A program made the translations under genes and the position numbers. Shown one piece after another: positions 14,030-27,844 of a stretch of DNA of 64,000 nt (within the stretch, counting starts at the first letter, position 1; the number at the start of each line of letters is the position of its first letter). Below the pieces are notes generated by a model, which saw only the letters and a program-made list of their open reading frames with translations, was not told the DNA's origin and made no database searches. Source of the stretch: Malacoraja senta (taxonomy: Eukaryota); NCBI GenBank assembly GCA_038087875.1, contig CM075987.1, forward strand, positions 26,352,001 to 26,416,000, read 5' to 3'.

Positions 14030-14365
14030 GTGGCGTGGTGGTGCAGCGGTAGAGTTGCTGCCTCACAGCGCCAAAGACCCAGGTTCAATCCTGACTACCA
14101 AGTGCTGTCTGTACGGAGTTTGTACGTTCTCCCCATGACCTGCTTGGGTTTTCTCCGAGATCTTCGGTTTCCTCCCACACTCCAAAGACGTGCAGGTTTG
14201 TGGGTGAATTGGCTTTGGTTTGTATACTTGGTATATGTGTAAGTGTGTGTGTGTGTGTGTGTGTGTGTGCCTGTGTGCGTGTGCCTGTGTACGTGGATCG
14301 CTGGTCGGCGCGGACTCGGTGGGCCGAAGGGCCTGTTTCCGCTCTGTATCTCTACACTGTACTAA
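14030..14365 (+). mobile_element. HE1-like SINE with internal (TG)n expansion
   Basis: A/B boxes, V-domain, (TG)n at ~14243-14290, 3' tail. Confidence 0.85.
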
Positions 14366-15049
14366 ACAACACATAAAATCAGTCTTCATCACCATACCAC
14401 CATAACAAAACAGCGTGACAAACATTAATACCCAGATTTAGTTTAAATAGAAATGTTGAAATAAAGCAATGTAATTTGAAAATTGGTTTTCTTTGTGGTA
14501 GTGACAAAAATGCAGTTTATGGTGCCAACCATATTTGTTTTATGACATAAATGATCCACATAAAATTTAATTTCCATAAACTTAGAAGTTTTATCATTAC
14601 CATTAACATCACAGGGAAAAGCTGCAGGCAAAAGAATCTTTGATTTTGACATTAAACTCTTTTTCATAAAACACAGAACAATCTCCCCATCATTTATATG
14701 TTTTTACAACATTGTTGGTGAAAACATGCAGCTGTTGGCTGCAAAGTAATTGCTTAATTTACTATTAAGTAATTGAGTGTCCCTTACTGCCTGCATACTG
14801 TATGTAGCGGTGATCAGACTGGAGTCAATAAGGGCGGCACGGTGGCGCAGCGGTAGAGTTGCTGCCTCACAGCGCCAGAGACCCGGGTTCGATCACGACT
14901 ACGGGTGCTGTCTGTACGGAGTTCGTACGTTCTCCCCGTGACCTGCGTGGGTTTCCCCCGAGATCTCCAGTCCAAAGACAGACAGGTTTGTAAGTCAATT
15001 GGCTTGGTATACATGTAAATTGTCCCAAGTGTGTGTCAGATAGTGTTAA

Positions 15050-15347
15050 AGCCCCTGTCCCACTTTCCCGAGTTATCACGAATTCTCCCGAGTTTTCCCC
15101 TTGATTCAAACTCGGAGAATTACGGTAATAGCCGGCCGTAGGTACCCGGGGCTATTTATTTCACCCGTGGACATTTTTCAACATGTTGAAAAAACGTCCC
15201 GACTTACCTGATGCCCCGTGTCCCTACGGCTCGCATTACGAGCCGCTAAGAAATATCTACGAACTCGCTACGGACATTCTCCGAGTTTGAATCAAGGGGA
15301 AACCTCGGGAGAATTCGTGAGTAACTCGGGAAAGTGGGACAGGGACT
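15050..15347. mobile_element. Harbinger-type MITE, family B, inserted in a SINE (14832-15420)
   Basis: ~70-bp TIRs ccctgtcccactttcccgagttatcacgaattctcccgag; interrupts the SINE at gtgTTAgtg. Confidence 0.8.
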
Positions 15348-16361
15348 TTAGTGTGTGGGGATCGCTGGTCGGCGCAGACCTGGTGGGCTGAAGGGCCTGT
15401 TTCCACGCTGCATCTCCATGAAAGCTAAAAACGAAAACATTTACCTTTCACAGATGCTTGTCTTTGTTCAGCAAAATCAGTGCAAGATCGCCAGCCAGAA
15501 TCCTTTAGAAATGAGATGAGGAGGAATTTATTTATTCTGAGGGTGGTGAATCTGTGGCCACAGCCGGATGTGGAGGCCAAGTCAATGGATATTTTTAAAG
15601 GCAGAGATTGACAGATTATTCAGTTCAGTTCAGTTTAGTTTATTGTCACGTGTACCGAGGTACAGTGAAACGCTTTTTGTTGCATGCTAACCAGGCACCG
15701 GAAAGACAATACATGATTACAATCGAGCCATTTACAGTGTATGGATACACGATAAGGGAATAACGTTTCGTGCAAGATGAAGCCAGTTAAGTATCATAGT
15801 TACAGTAAGATATGTTACTGTAGGAGTAGGGATTTAAGGGTGTGGAGCGATTGTAATATGTGACTGTAGATCTGCCTCTGTGGCCAGCACGCAACTAGTC
15901 GCTTGGGTTGGGCGCCATCTTGGAAACAATTGGGGGTCAGGAATTATGGGGAGAAGGCAGGAGAATGGGGTTTGGAGGGAGAGATGGAATGGACAAGTAG
16001 ACTTGATGGGCCGAAGGGCCTAATTCTGGTCCTATCACTTATGAATTTATGAAGAACCCGGCAAAGTGCCGCGGCTGGTAGAACCACAAAGCACCAGAGG
16101 CCCGGGTTCGATCCTGGCCTCGGGTGCTGCCTGTGTGGAGTCTGAGCGTTCTCCCCATGATCGCTTGGGTTCCCTCTGGGTACTCCAGTTTCCTACCACC
16201 ATAGAAAAGATGTGCAGTTTTGCAGGTTAATTGCCCCAAGAGTGCAGAGCCCCGAATCCAAACGTGGGATAACATGGAACTAGTGTGTGGAAACAAAGAA
16301 CTGCAGATGCTGGCTAATACACAAAAGGACACAAAATTGCTGGAGTAACTCAGCAGGATTA

Positions 16362-16691
16362 AACCCCTGTCCCACGGTACGAGTTCATTCCAAGAGCTCT
16401 CCCGAGTTAAAAATAAATCAAACTCGTGGTAAGCACGGAGAATGAACGTAGCGGGTACGTCGGAGCTCGGGGACGTCTCTTAACGGCTCGTAACGCTAAC
16501 GGCAGGTACTCGGGAAGACTCGCTAACGGCAGGTAAGCACGGGAAGACTCGTGAAGATTTTTCAACGTGTTGAAAAATGTCGACGAGAGCCCCGAGTACC
16601 GACGAGTGGCCATTACCGTAAATCTCCGAGTTCGAATCAGGGCAAACTCAGGAGAGCTCTTGGAATGAACTCGTACCGTGGGACAGGGGTT
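16362..16691. mobile_element. Harbinger-type MITE, family A copy 2
   Basis: TIRs aacccctgtcccacggtacgag; flanks TTA/TCA; sits inside a PLE tail. Confidence 0.8.
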
Positions 16692-17210
16692 TCAGGCAGC
16701 AGCTCTGGAGAATATGGATAGGTGATGTTTCATGTTGAGACACTTCTACAGATCTCGATCCGAAACGATTCCTATCTGTAGAACTAGCGTGAGCAGGCGA
16801 TTGATGGTCAGTGTGACCTCTCTGGTCTGAAGGGCCTGTTTCTATGCTATATCTTTCAACAAATCAATCAGGAAGACTCCTCTGGTACATTGCTTATGTG
16901 CATACAGGATACATCTGAAAATGCTACCTTCCTAACAAGACAACCCTGAGTTTACCAGCTTACAACCCAGCGGTATGAATATCGATTTCTCCAACTTCAA
17001 GTAGGCCTTGTATCGCCTCCCTCTCTCTCCGTCCCTCCCACACCCTAGTTGCCGTAGTTTCACTGCTATCCTGCTGAGTTCCACTGTTTGTATCACTCGT
17101 TATCACCTTAGTCAAATATATAGATACATTTAGTTTAGGTTATTGCCACGTGTACCGAGGTACAGGGAAAAACTTTTGTTGCGTGCAAATCAGTCAGCGG
17201 AAAGACAATA

Positions 17211-17621
17211 TTTTTATTTTTTATTTTTTTATTTTTCAAAATAGACTTTATTCCGGTAATAAATATACAATACATAAACCGTGCGAAACATTCATCTGAC
17301 ATTTCCGGAGGTTACACAAATTATTCAATGCAGTCTACAGACATTGTTCAACTTTCGCAAATATGTCCGCCACCCTTGCCACTCATGTGGCCCACTGGCG
17401 TGGAATCCTTTCCCTTGTTTTGAGGGGCGTCTCCACCACACCGTGCCCCCCATGTCCAGCAGCGGAAGGACCCTAGACTGTGGTCCTCCCCCACCGAGCC
17501 TTGGCGTTGGCTGCACCGAGCTTCAGTGCGTCCCTCAGCACGTACCCCTGCAGTCTGCAGCGGGCCAGTCGGCAACATTACCCTGACGGACATCTCGCTC
17601 TGCTGGGTGGTGAACAACGCT
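17211..17621 (-). mobile_element. Tx1-like L1 3' fragment with 13-bp TSD
   Basis: Minus-strand RLQGYVLRDALKLGAANAKARWGRTTV*; A-rich tail; TSD cggaaagacaata (17198-17210) / cgggaagacaata (17622-17634). Confidence 0.7.
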
Positions 17622-18419
17622 CGGGAAGACAATACATGATTACAATCGAGCCCTCCACAGTGTACAGATACATGATAAAGGGAATACATTTTAGCACCAG
17701 GTAAAGCCAATAAAGTCCCATCAAAGAAAGTCCGAGGGTCACCAATGAGATAGATAGTAGTTCAGCACTGCTCTCTGGTTGTTGGTAGGATGGTTCAGTT
17801 GACTGATAACAGCTGGGAAGAAACTGTCCCTGAATCTGGAGGTGTGCGTTTTCACACTTCCGCACCTTTTGCCTGGAGAAGATAAGATCATCAGGTTTCA
17901 AATGTCAAGAATTTTATTTAATTTGACACTAGTTCTTAAAAAATATATGACCACAATAATTTTTATCAATCTGATTTGAGGCTTATTGTTTGATTTTTTA
18001 ATTAAATGTTAAAGAAATGCAAAAATGGTGCAGAGAAAACAAACTTTGATTGATGTTCATCATTTCTAAACTGATGTAGCGCTGTTAAATACATAATTAA
18101 AGAATGATTACAGGGTGCTATATATATAAAACAAGGAGGTACCTTCGGAGCACTGAGTAAAATTGCCAGGCACAATTAATCAACGCTGACAGTTATTGCA
18201 CAAATACAATCTTTTTTCTCTTGTGAGAATGGAATTCCTCTTCATGTTTAAAGATGGATGCAAAAAGCTGGACTATCTCAGCAGCAACTGAACCATCCTA
18301 CCACAACCAGAGAGCTGTCCTGAACTACTATCTACTTCATTGGTGACCCTCGGACTATCCTTGACCGGACTTTGCTGGCTTTACCTTGCACTAAACGATG
18401 ATCCCTTATCATGTATCTG

Positions 18420-19055
18420 CATGAGCGGAACTCGCTATCAAAACATGGAGGGGACGGGGGACACAATTTTTTGGCGGCCGCGCGCGCATGCGCACACTCA
18501 CACACACGCGCGCGAGGCTTCGGAGGCTCAATCCAGCGCTAAATGCAGCTCAACTCTGGCTGTCTCACCGGGTTAATCTACAGCCCTGGCTGGACTGACG
18601 GGACACCAGCGCTGCTTCTCCAGCGCTGGCCATATTTCCCGCAAGTCCAGGCAGGTTCACCTGGCGGGACAGGCAGAGTGAGTTGGGTTTAGTGCTGTTT
18701 CTCTGCGCTGGCTGTGGGCCTGGGGGTACAGCTCGTGTCTGACTCCCGACCTCTCTGGCCACCCGTGGGGGGGGGGGCACTCGGGACAGCGCCGGAGACC
18801 CGGCCGGGATCGATCCTGCCTGCGGATGAGGCGCAGGTCTGTGCCACGTCTCCCTCCTCCAATCGCCGCGCTCTATCCTCAGTCCCCGCGCTCCTCCCTC
18901 CTCCAATCGCCGCGCTCTATCCTCAGTCCCCCCCACTGTCTCGCGGAAAGCGGAGATTTTAAACTACGGATCACATAAACATGGGGAATGTCCCCCACCA
19001 CTCAAAACATGGGGGGGACGTGTCCCCTCTGGCCCCCCCGGGTTTTCCACCCCTG
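18420..19055. mobile_element. Non-autonomous hAT element, GC/CpG-rich
   Basis: Perfect 8-bp TSD tgtatctg (18412-18419, 19056-19063); imperfect TIRs catgagcggaa / ttccacccctg; interrupts a Rex1 3' UTR. Confidence 0.8.
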
Positions 19056-20179
19056 TGTATCTGTACACTGTGAATGGCTCGATTGTAATCCTGTATTGTC
19101 TTTCTGCTGACTGATTAGCACACAACAAAAGCTTTTCACTGTACCTCGTGTAATGTCTTCCGTAAGGCCTTGTTGTGACTTGCACAATGAATACACGTCT
19201 GACATCTTATTAGATTACTTATATTACATATACATCACACCTCGGTACCTGTGACAATAACCTAAACTAAATGTATCTTTACACTGTAAACGGCTCGATT
19301 GTAATCATGTATTGTGTATATATACATGATTGGGGAATAACGTTTAGTGCAAGGTAAAACCAGCAAAGTCTGATCAAGGATAGTCTGAGGTAGACAAAAA
19401 TGCTGGAGAAACTCAGAATAGTGAGGCAGCATCTATGGAGCGAAGGAAATAGGTGAAATAGGAAATGGTGAAATAGGAAATAGGAAATGGTCGACCCGAA
19501 ACGTCACCTATTCCTTCGCTCCATAGATGCTGCCGCACCCGCTGAGTTTCTCCAGCATTTTTGTCTACCTTCGATTTTTCCAGCATCTGCAGTTCCTTCT
19601 TAAACAAAGGATAGTCTGAGGGTCACCAAAGATGTAGGTAGTAGTTCAGGACTGCTCTCTGGTTGTGGTAGGAAGTCGGAGAACTAGGTTGGGGGAGGGA
19701 TAGAGAGAGAGAGGGAAAGCAAGGGTGATTTGAATTTAGAGAAGTCAATATTCTTACTGCTGGACTGTAAGCTGCCCAAGCGAAATATGAGGTGCTGTTC
19801 CTCCAATTTGCTTGCTTGATGCAAACCAGTAAGTGAATTAGTATTTACTTGGTACGCAATTACTGGATGTTTTTAACCAACTCTGGAGCGAATGTACAAT
19901 TAACCTGTCAATATCTCCCGTGGAAACAGGCCCTTCAGCCCAACTAGCCCACTCCAGCCAACATGTCCCATCTACACCAGTCCCACCTGTCTATGTTTGG
20001 CCCATATCCCTCCAAACCTGTCCTATCCATGTACCTGTCTAACTGTTTCTTAAACGTTGCAATAGTCCCAGCCTAAATGACCTTTTTTTTCATATATATT
20101 TTTTAATTATCTTTTCTCATTCAATATTTATTTATTGTTCATTTATTATATATATTTGGGGTTTTTATTTTTATTTGAT

Positions 20180-20655
20180 TTTATTTATTGAGGGAGTGCA
20201 GCGTAGGTTCACCAGGATAATTCCCGGGGTGGCAGGACTGACATATGATGAAAGAATCGATCGACTGGGCTTATATAAAATTCTGAAGGGATTGGGCAGG
20301 CTTGATGCAGGAAAAAATGTTCCCGATGTTGGGGGAGTCCTGAACCAGGGGTCACACAGTTTAAGAATAAGGGGTAGGCCATTAAGAACTGAGATGAGGA
20401 AACATTGTTTCACCCAGTGAGTTGTGAACCTGTGGAATTCTCTGCCACAGAAGGCAGTGGAGGCCAATTCACTGGATGTTTTCGAGGGAGAGTTAGATTT
20501 AGCTCTTGGGGCTAATGGAATCAAGGGATATGGGGAGAAAGCAGGAACGGGGTACTGATTTTAGATGATCAGCCATGATCATATTGAATGGTGGTGCTGG
20601 CTCGAAGGGCTGAATGGCCTACTCCTGCACCTATTTTTCTAAGTTTCCATGTTTT
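20180..20655 (+). mobile_element. CR1 LINE 3' fragment
   Basis: IEGVQRRFTRIIPG..GLTYDER..RLGLY motif followed by the CR1 3' UTR. Confidence 0.85.
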
Positions 20656-20710
20656 TCTCTATGTACCCTTATCCTTCCCATTTTATCACACAGGGGAACA
20701 GACTGATGTT

Positions 20711-20738
20711 CTGAAGAAGGGTTTCGGCCCGAAACGTT
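20711..20738 (+). ncRNA. Minimal type-I hammerhead ribozyme motif in a PLE-derived unit (20710-20835)
   Basis: CTGAAGA-A-GGGTT-TC-GGCCC-GAAA-CGTT; unit flanked by 13-bp TSD aacagactgatgt (20697-20709 / 20836-20848). Confidence 0.6.
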
Positions 20739-23700
20739 GCCTATTTCCTTCGCTCCATAGATGCTGCTGCACCCGCTGTGTTTCTCCAGCATTTTTGCCT
20801 ACCTTCGATTTTCCAGCATCTGCAGTTCCTTCTTAAACAGACTGATGTACTGACAGGAAGCAAACTACTGCCCAAACTACTAGAGGATAGAACAAACAAA
20901 CCAAAACAAATCTGCTGTTGAGAAGCTCTCCAGAGGACAATTTACGATACGATACGATAGAACTTTATTCATCCCAGGAGGGAAATTGTTCTGCTGACAG
21001 TCACAACACACAAGGTAGACGAAAACTTGAAACTAAAATTAAATTAAAGGTGAAAACAAAAAGATAAAGACAAGCGAATGTTGTCTGGCTGCCGAGTGCA
21101 CGGAGCCTTCACCGGAACGAATGGACAAACGAACACAGACTTATCCACTGGGCAGAAGATTCTAAACTAGAGCCCCCCCCACCCCCCACCACCACACCGG
21201 GGACCCCCTTTGTTCTCCCACTGTCCCCCCACGCTGGGACCTTAGTTGGTTAGTGGGTTATTGTCATTAAAAAACTATTTTGTTTTACTGTTGGCAACAT
21301 TTGTGCGTATTCACCTCCCAATTTACTAATGAATCTTTTGGAAACTCAGCATGAACTGATTATCACTGTTGCTCAGCAATAAGCAGGCAAATGGCATCCT
21401 TTCATTCAGCTACTTTAGTTTTAATTTAGATTAGAGATACAGAGCGGAAACAGGCCCTTCGTCCCGCCGTGTCCTCGCCCGCCCAGCGACCCCCGCACAC
21501 TAACATTATCCTACACACACACACACACACACGGGACAATTTACAATTTTATCGAAGCCAACTAACCAACAAACCTGCACGTCTTTGGTGTGTGGGGGGA
21601 AACCGGAGATCCCGGAGAAAACTCACGCAGGTCACGTGGAGAATGTCTATGCAGAACTGCAGATGCTGGTGTAAACCAAAGATAGACACAAAATGCTGGA
21701 GCAACTCAGCGGGACAGGCAGCATCTCTGGATAAAAGATATAGGTGACGTTTCGGGTCGAGACCCTTCCTCAGACCCGAGTTGTTGTTCTAGCTTTGAAG
21801 TCGTCTTGTTGAATCTCATTGTCTATAACTCATTTTCACCCAGGTCAATAGACAATAGACAATAGATGCAGGAGTAGGCCTTTTGGCCCTTCGAGCCAGC
21901 ACCGCCATTCAATGTGATCATGGCTAACAATAGTCTGTTTCCTTTATCATCATTATTTTTTGCCTATCCTTCATTCATTTTTGTTCTATATCTCTCGACA
22001 TCATCGTCCATATCTCTCCTCTCCCATTCCCCTGACTCTCAATCTGAAGAAGGGTCTCGACCCTTAAAACACCGCCTATTCCTTTTCTCCAGAGATGCTG
22101 CCTGACCCGCTGATTTTCGTGTCATCTTCACTTACACTTCACTAGAGCCTTATTTGATCATTTCGCCCTTTTCGTACTACAATCCCACTTCAGTTTTGAC
22201 TTTGCTGGTTGGTGCATCTACACATCCATTGAGTGGCAAAAACCAAACGTTACTTTTATTTAAGAAGGAACTGCAGATGCTGGAAAATCGAAGGTGGACA
22301 AAAATGCTGGAGAAACTCAGCGGGTGAGGCAGCATCTATGGAGCGAAGGAAATAGGCGACGTTTCGGCCCGAAACCCTTCAGGAGGGAAATTGGTAACGT
22401 TTCGGGCCGAAACCCGGAAGGGTTTCGTCCCGAAACGTTGCCTATTTCCTTCGCTCCATAGATGCTGCCCCAAGGGTTTCGGCCCGAAATGTTGCCTATT
22501 TCCTTCGCTCCATAGATGCTGCCTCACCCGCTGAGATGATGAGTGAGATCGTCGAAGCCGCTAATGTCCATCATTATTCATGCTGGGAACACGGCGCTAA
22601 TGATGTTAATTATATCCGCACAGACATGCATCCCTAATCTTCCCTTCTTTCATTTGTTGCCTATATGAATTACAATCGGATAAACAAGCTTTCACATTGC
22701 TTGGAAACAAATCAGAGCAAGGTGATTTGGGTGGAAAATATATGTTGCTCATTGATTCATTCAATACAAAGCTCCGTTGATGGTTTGTGAAAATATAATG
22801 GGGCAAAGGGGTGTACTGATATAAACATGGACTCAGACATCTACCGAAAGGTCTGTTTCTTTAATGAAAATGATTGGAAAAAAACCCTTGGAATTGTCCT
22901 TGTGTTTGCATCAGCTCACAACTATCACACAGTTGCCTCACCCGCTGAGTTTCACCGGCATTTTTGTACCCATTCCTTCTCTCCATAGATGCTGCCTCAC
23001 CCGCTGAGTTTCACCAGCATTGTTTTTCCAGCATCTGCAGTTAGAATCATAGAATCATAGAATCATAGAAAGTAGGTGCGAGAGCAGACCACCAGGTCCA
23101 TCGAGCCCGCACCGCCATTCGCTCATGGCTGAACACCAAACAAACACCCCTACCCACAAACAGTAGACACAAGACACAGAACACAAGACACTACCCTCCC
23201 CTTTATACCGCTATCACCCCTCTCCACCCCAAGAACCGCGTGATCTCCTGGGGGAGGCAAAAAAACGGATAAAAACCCAGGTCCAATTCGGGAAAAAAAT
23301 CCGGGAAATTCCTTCTTTCTTAAACAACTAGCACATCTATCACTCCAAACCCATCCACCACATTTTTTTCGTGGCCTACCATCTACCTCAATGGAGACCC
23401 TCGGACTATCTTTAATCGAACTTTATTCGACTTTATCTTGCACAAAACGCTACTCCCTTTATCAAGGACAAGTCGCATCCGGCCACTCCCTCTTCTCCAC
23501 TCTCCCATCGGGCAAGTGTGAAAACGCACACCTCCAGATTCAGGGACAGTTTCTTCCCAGCTGTTGTCCAGAACCAGGGGCCACACAGTTAAGAATAAGG
23601 AGTGAGCCATTTAGAACGGAGACGAGGAAACACGTTTTCTCACAGAGAGTGGTGAGTCTGTGGAATTCTCTGCCTCACAGGGCGGTGGAGGCCGGTTCTC

Positions 23701-24835
23701 TGGATGCTTTCAAGAGAGAGCTAGACAGGGCTCTTAAAATAGCGGAGTCAGGGGATATGGGGAGAAGGCAGGAACAGGGTACTGATTGTGATGATCAGCC
23801 ATGATCACATTGAATGGCGGTGCTGGCTCGAAGGGCCGAATGGCCTACTCCTGCACCTATTGTCTATTGTCTATTGTCTAACTGAACCATCCTCTCACCA
23901 CCTAGAGAGCGGTCCTGATCTACCATCTACCTCATTGGAGACCCTTGGACTGTCTTTTATCGGACCTTACCTTGTTCCCTTCATCCTGTATCTGTTCACT
24001 GTGGACGGCATGATTGTAAACATGCACAGCCTTTCCGTTGTCTGTGTGGAGTTGTACGTTCTCCCTGTGACCTGCGTGGGTTTTCTCCAGGAGCTCCGGT
24101 TTCCTCCCACACTCCAAAGACGTGCAGGTTTGTCGGTTAATCAGTTTCGGTAAAGCCTCTCTTTCCATCGTAGATAGACACAAAAAGTTGGAGTAACTCA
24201 GCGGGACAGGCAGCGTCTCTGGAGAGAAGGAATGGGTGATGTTTCGGGTCGAGACCCTTACTGGCTTTACCTTGCACTAAACATTATTCCCTTTATCCTG
24301 TATATGTATGCTGTGGACGGCTTGATTATAATCATGTATAGTCTCTCCGCTCTTTAGATAGCACGCAACAGAAAAGCCCTTCACTGTACCTCGGTACACC
24401 CGACCTTAAACTAAACGAAATGAAACTAAACTGTGTGAAAAAGTTACCCCTCCTGGCCTGATATCAAACGAGTCTTGAACACAACATCACCTGTGCCCCT
24501 CACCTGATATAGTGAAGGCTGTGAAGACCCTGGCCAGGTATGCGATCGACTTCAATGGGAGCAAGCCAGGGGAAGGCTTCAACACTTATCCTCAATCTTC
24601 ATTCACAGTCTCCATTGAGCTCGTTCCAGTTTCTGGTCTTGGAGCAAACACTATATAACATCATCAGCCGTTCCAGTCGAGATATGAATGTCCTCTGGGA
24701 TTCCTGCACCAACATTGCTGACTCAGTGGGTTTGTTGGAAACTTGGCATCCTGTACTAAAACCAAAATTAAAATCTTACGGGACATACAACTTTCCTCTC
24801 AACGTTATGAAGTCCTGTACTATGTAGGACTGTAA

Positions 24836-25175
24836 TGGGCCCTGTCCCACTTACGCGACTTTTTCGGCGACTGCCGGCACCCGGGTCGTTGCAGGTCGCT
24901 GAAAATGTCCACATGTTGAAAATCCAGCAGCGACCAGAACAAGGTACAACTCTTTGGGCGACTACTCATGACCGTACAGGCTTCATTCACCCCGCGACAT
25001 GTCGCCAGGGTGTCGTCTGTATGGTCGTGAGTCGTCTCCTCAGTCGCCCAAAGAGGCGTAGCGTCTTTCTGGTCGCCGCTGGGTTTTCAACATGTTGAAC
25101 ATTTTCGCCGACCTGCAACGACCTATGACGGGTGCCGGCAGTCGCTGTAAAAGTCCCGTAAGTGGGACAGGCCCT
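24836..25175. mobile_element. Harbinger-type MITE, family C
   Basis: Long TIRs ggcctgtcccacttacgcgactttt...gactgccggcaccc; TAA/TTA flanks. Confidence 0.8.
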
Positions 25176-25216
25176 TTAGTAACCCAGCTTCCTACCTGAC
25201 TTGTTCCAACCTGATA

Positions 25217-25515
25217 GGCGGCACGGTGGCGTAGAGTTAGAACTGCTGCCTCACAGCGCCAGAGACCCGGGTTCGATCCTGACTGCGGGCCCTGTCTGTA
25301 TGAAGTTTGTACGCTCTCCCGTGACCTGCGTAGGTTTTCTCCGGGAGCTCCGGTTTCCTCCCTCACTCCAAAGATGTGCAGGTGTGTAGGTTAATTGGCT
25401 TCAGTAAAAATTGTAAATTGTCCCTGGTGTGTATAGGATAGTGCCACGAGAATCGCTGGTTGGCGCGGACTCGGAGGGCTGAAGACCCAGCTTCCGTGCT
25501 GTATCTCTAAACTAA
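25217..25515 (+). mobile_element. HE1-like SINE
   Basis: A/B boxes, V-domain, tail tgtatctctaaactaaa. Confidence 0.85.
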
Positions 25516-27844
25516 ATAGTCTGGGCAGCTTACAGGTTTATCATGCTAAAACAGTACACTCATCATTTTCCTAAAAGATTAGAAGAAAATTAGCATTGCT
25601 TGCCCAGGGTAATAATTCCGATTTTTACCTTACAATCCACAGTAATTTCATGGAAATGTGAAATGATGCCTTTAAAAAAACCCTTTTATCTTTGTTTAGT
25701 TTAATCCATGCATAATTACAATTAAGCAGTCCACGGTGTACAGATATAGGCCAAAGGTGGGTGTATGGAGCTGCCAGAGGAGGTAGTTGAGGCAGGGAAT
25801 ATCGCAACGTTTAAGAAACAGTTAGACAGGTACATGGATAGGACAGGATTGGAAGGATATGGGCCAAACGCAGGCAGCTGTAGATGGGCATGTTGGTCGG
25901 TGTGGGCAAGTTGGGCCGAAGGGCTTGTTCCAATGCTGTTTGACTCTATGACGCTAATTGCATCAACATCTTCTTGGCCAGAGACACGGGTTCGATCCCG
26001 ACTACAGGTGCTTGTCTGTACAGAGTTCATACCTTATCTCCGTGACCTGCGTGGGTTTTCTCCGGGATATCCTCCCACACTCCAAAGACGTGCAAGTTTG
26101 TAGGCTAATTTGCTTCAGCAAAATTGTAATTGTGTGCGTAGCGTTAGTGTGCGGGGATCGCAAGTCGGCGCGGACTCAATGGGCCAGAGAGCCTGTTTCC
26201 ACGCTGTATCTCTACACTAAACTAAACTAAAGAAGTGAAATGTTTGAACTGAAATCTCCTCTATATAATTGGATATTTAATATGTATCGGAGAAGGTCTC
26301 CTTGATTTGATTGAGCTATTGCATAGGGACACAAATTTTAATTTAATTTTAATTGACCCTCTGGAATGGTTTGTATCCAAAGTCCAATTACGATCTGTCC
26401 ATTGGATTTCGAATGGAGCCATAATTATGTTACACCATATCCATATTTCATAGCGAGATTAAGCTGCAGAAGAGAAAGGCCATCATTATTCGGTAGAGTG
26501 AAACTTTAGCTGCTAATGAAATGGATGCACGCATGAAAAAAAGATCTTTAATGATCGCTGTGCATCTGCCAGTAATGCATTATGGTGATAATATTACAAT
26601 AAATCTCGGGTTTCACCGAGTCTGTTTCTCCACATAATTTCATTGTTGGCTTCTTATTTTTTATGATTTCCATCTGTAAATGCAGTAGAAAGAGAGTGAC
26701 ATACTGAACTGAACACAGAGTGATACAGCATGGAAACAGGCCCTTCAGCCCGACTTGCCCACACGGGCCAACATGTCCCAGCTACACTATCCCAACTGCC
26801 CGCGCGCGTTTGGTCCATATCCCTCCAAACCTTTCCTATCCATGTACCTGTCCAACTGTTTCTTAAATGATGGGATAGTCCCAGCCTCAACTACCTCCTC
26901 TGGCAGCTCGTTCATACACCCACCACCCTTTGTGTGAAAAAGTTACCCCTCTGATTCCTATTAAATCATTTCCCCTTTACCATAAACCTATGTCCTCTGG
27001 CCCCGATTCCCCTACTCTGGGCAAGAGACTCTGTGCGTCTACCCGATCTATTCCTCTCATGATTTTACACACTATTTATTACCTGCATTTAAAAAAATGA
27101 TGACTCTATGACTAATTTACAATGGCCAATTAATTTTTTCAGCCAGCACACCTTTGGGATGTGGGAGGATACCAGAGCACTTGACTGGGACCCATATGAT
27201 CATGCAAACTCCACACAGAGAGCAAAAGGGTTGAACCAGGTTGCTGGAACTGAAGGGGGAAAGCTTTAACAGGAATCTGAGGGGTAACCTTTTCACACAA
27301 AGGGTGGTGGGTGTATGGAACGAGCTGCCGGAGGAGGTAGTTGAGGCTGGGACTATCGTAACGTTTAAGAAACAGACATGCACATGGATAGGACAGGTTT
27401 GGAGCGATATGGGCCAAACTCAGGCAGGTGGGACTAGTGTAGCTGGGGCATGTTGACCAGTATGGGCAAGTAGGGCCGAAGGGCCTGTTTCCACGCCGTA
27501 TCACTCCATGACTCTAAATGGGAGTAGTGCAAACACAATTATTTGGCTCTACTTTTTTTCATCCGAACAATTTATATTCTGTAGAATTGATAATCCGTAG
27601 TGCTGGAGAAACTCAGCGGGTCAGGAGGCATCTGTGCAAAACATGGGGAGGTGACATTTCTGGTATGGTAGGGAGTCAGAGGAGAGGGAGACACAGAGAT
27701 AAGGAAGGGTAAGGTGTGAAAACACAGGTCAACATAATAAAATGCAGGTCGATCGGTCTGAAGAAGGGTCTCGACCTGAAACATTCTCTCCAGAGATGCC
27801 ACCTGAGTTACTCCAGCACTTCAGTGTAACTCAGTGTAGTCTTA

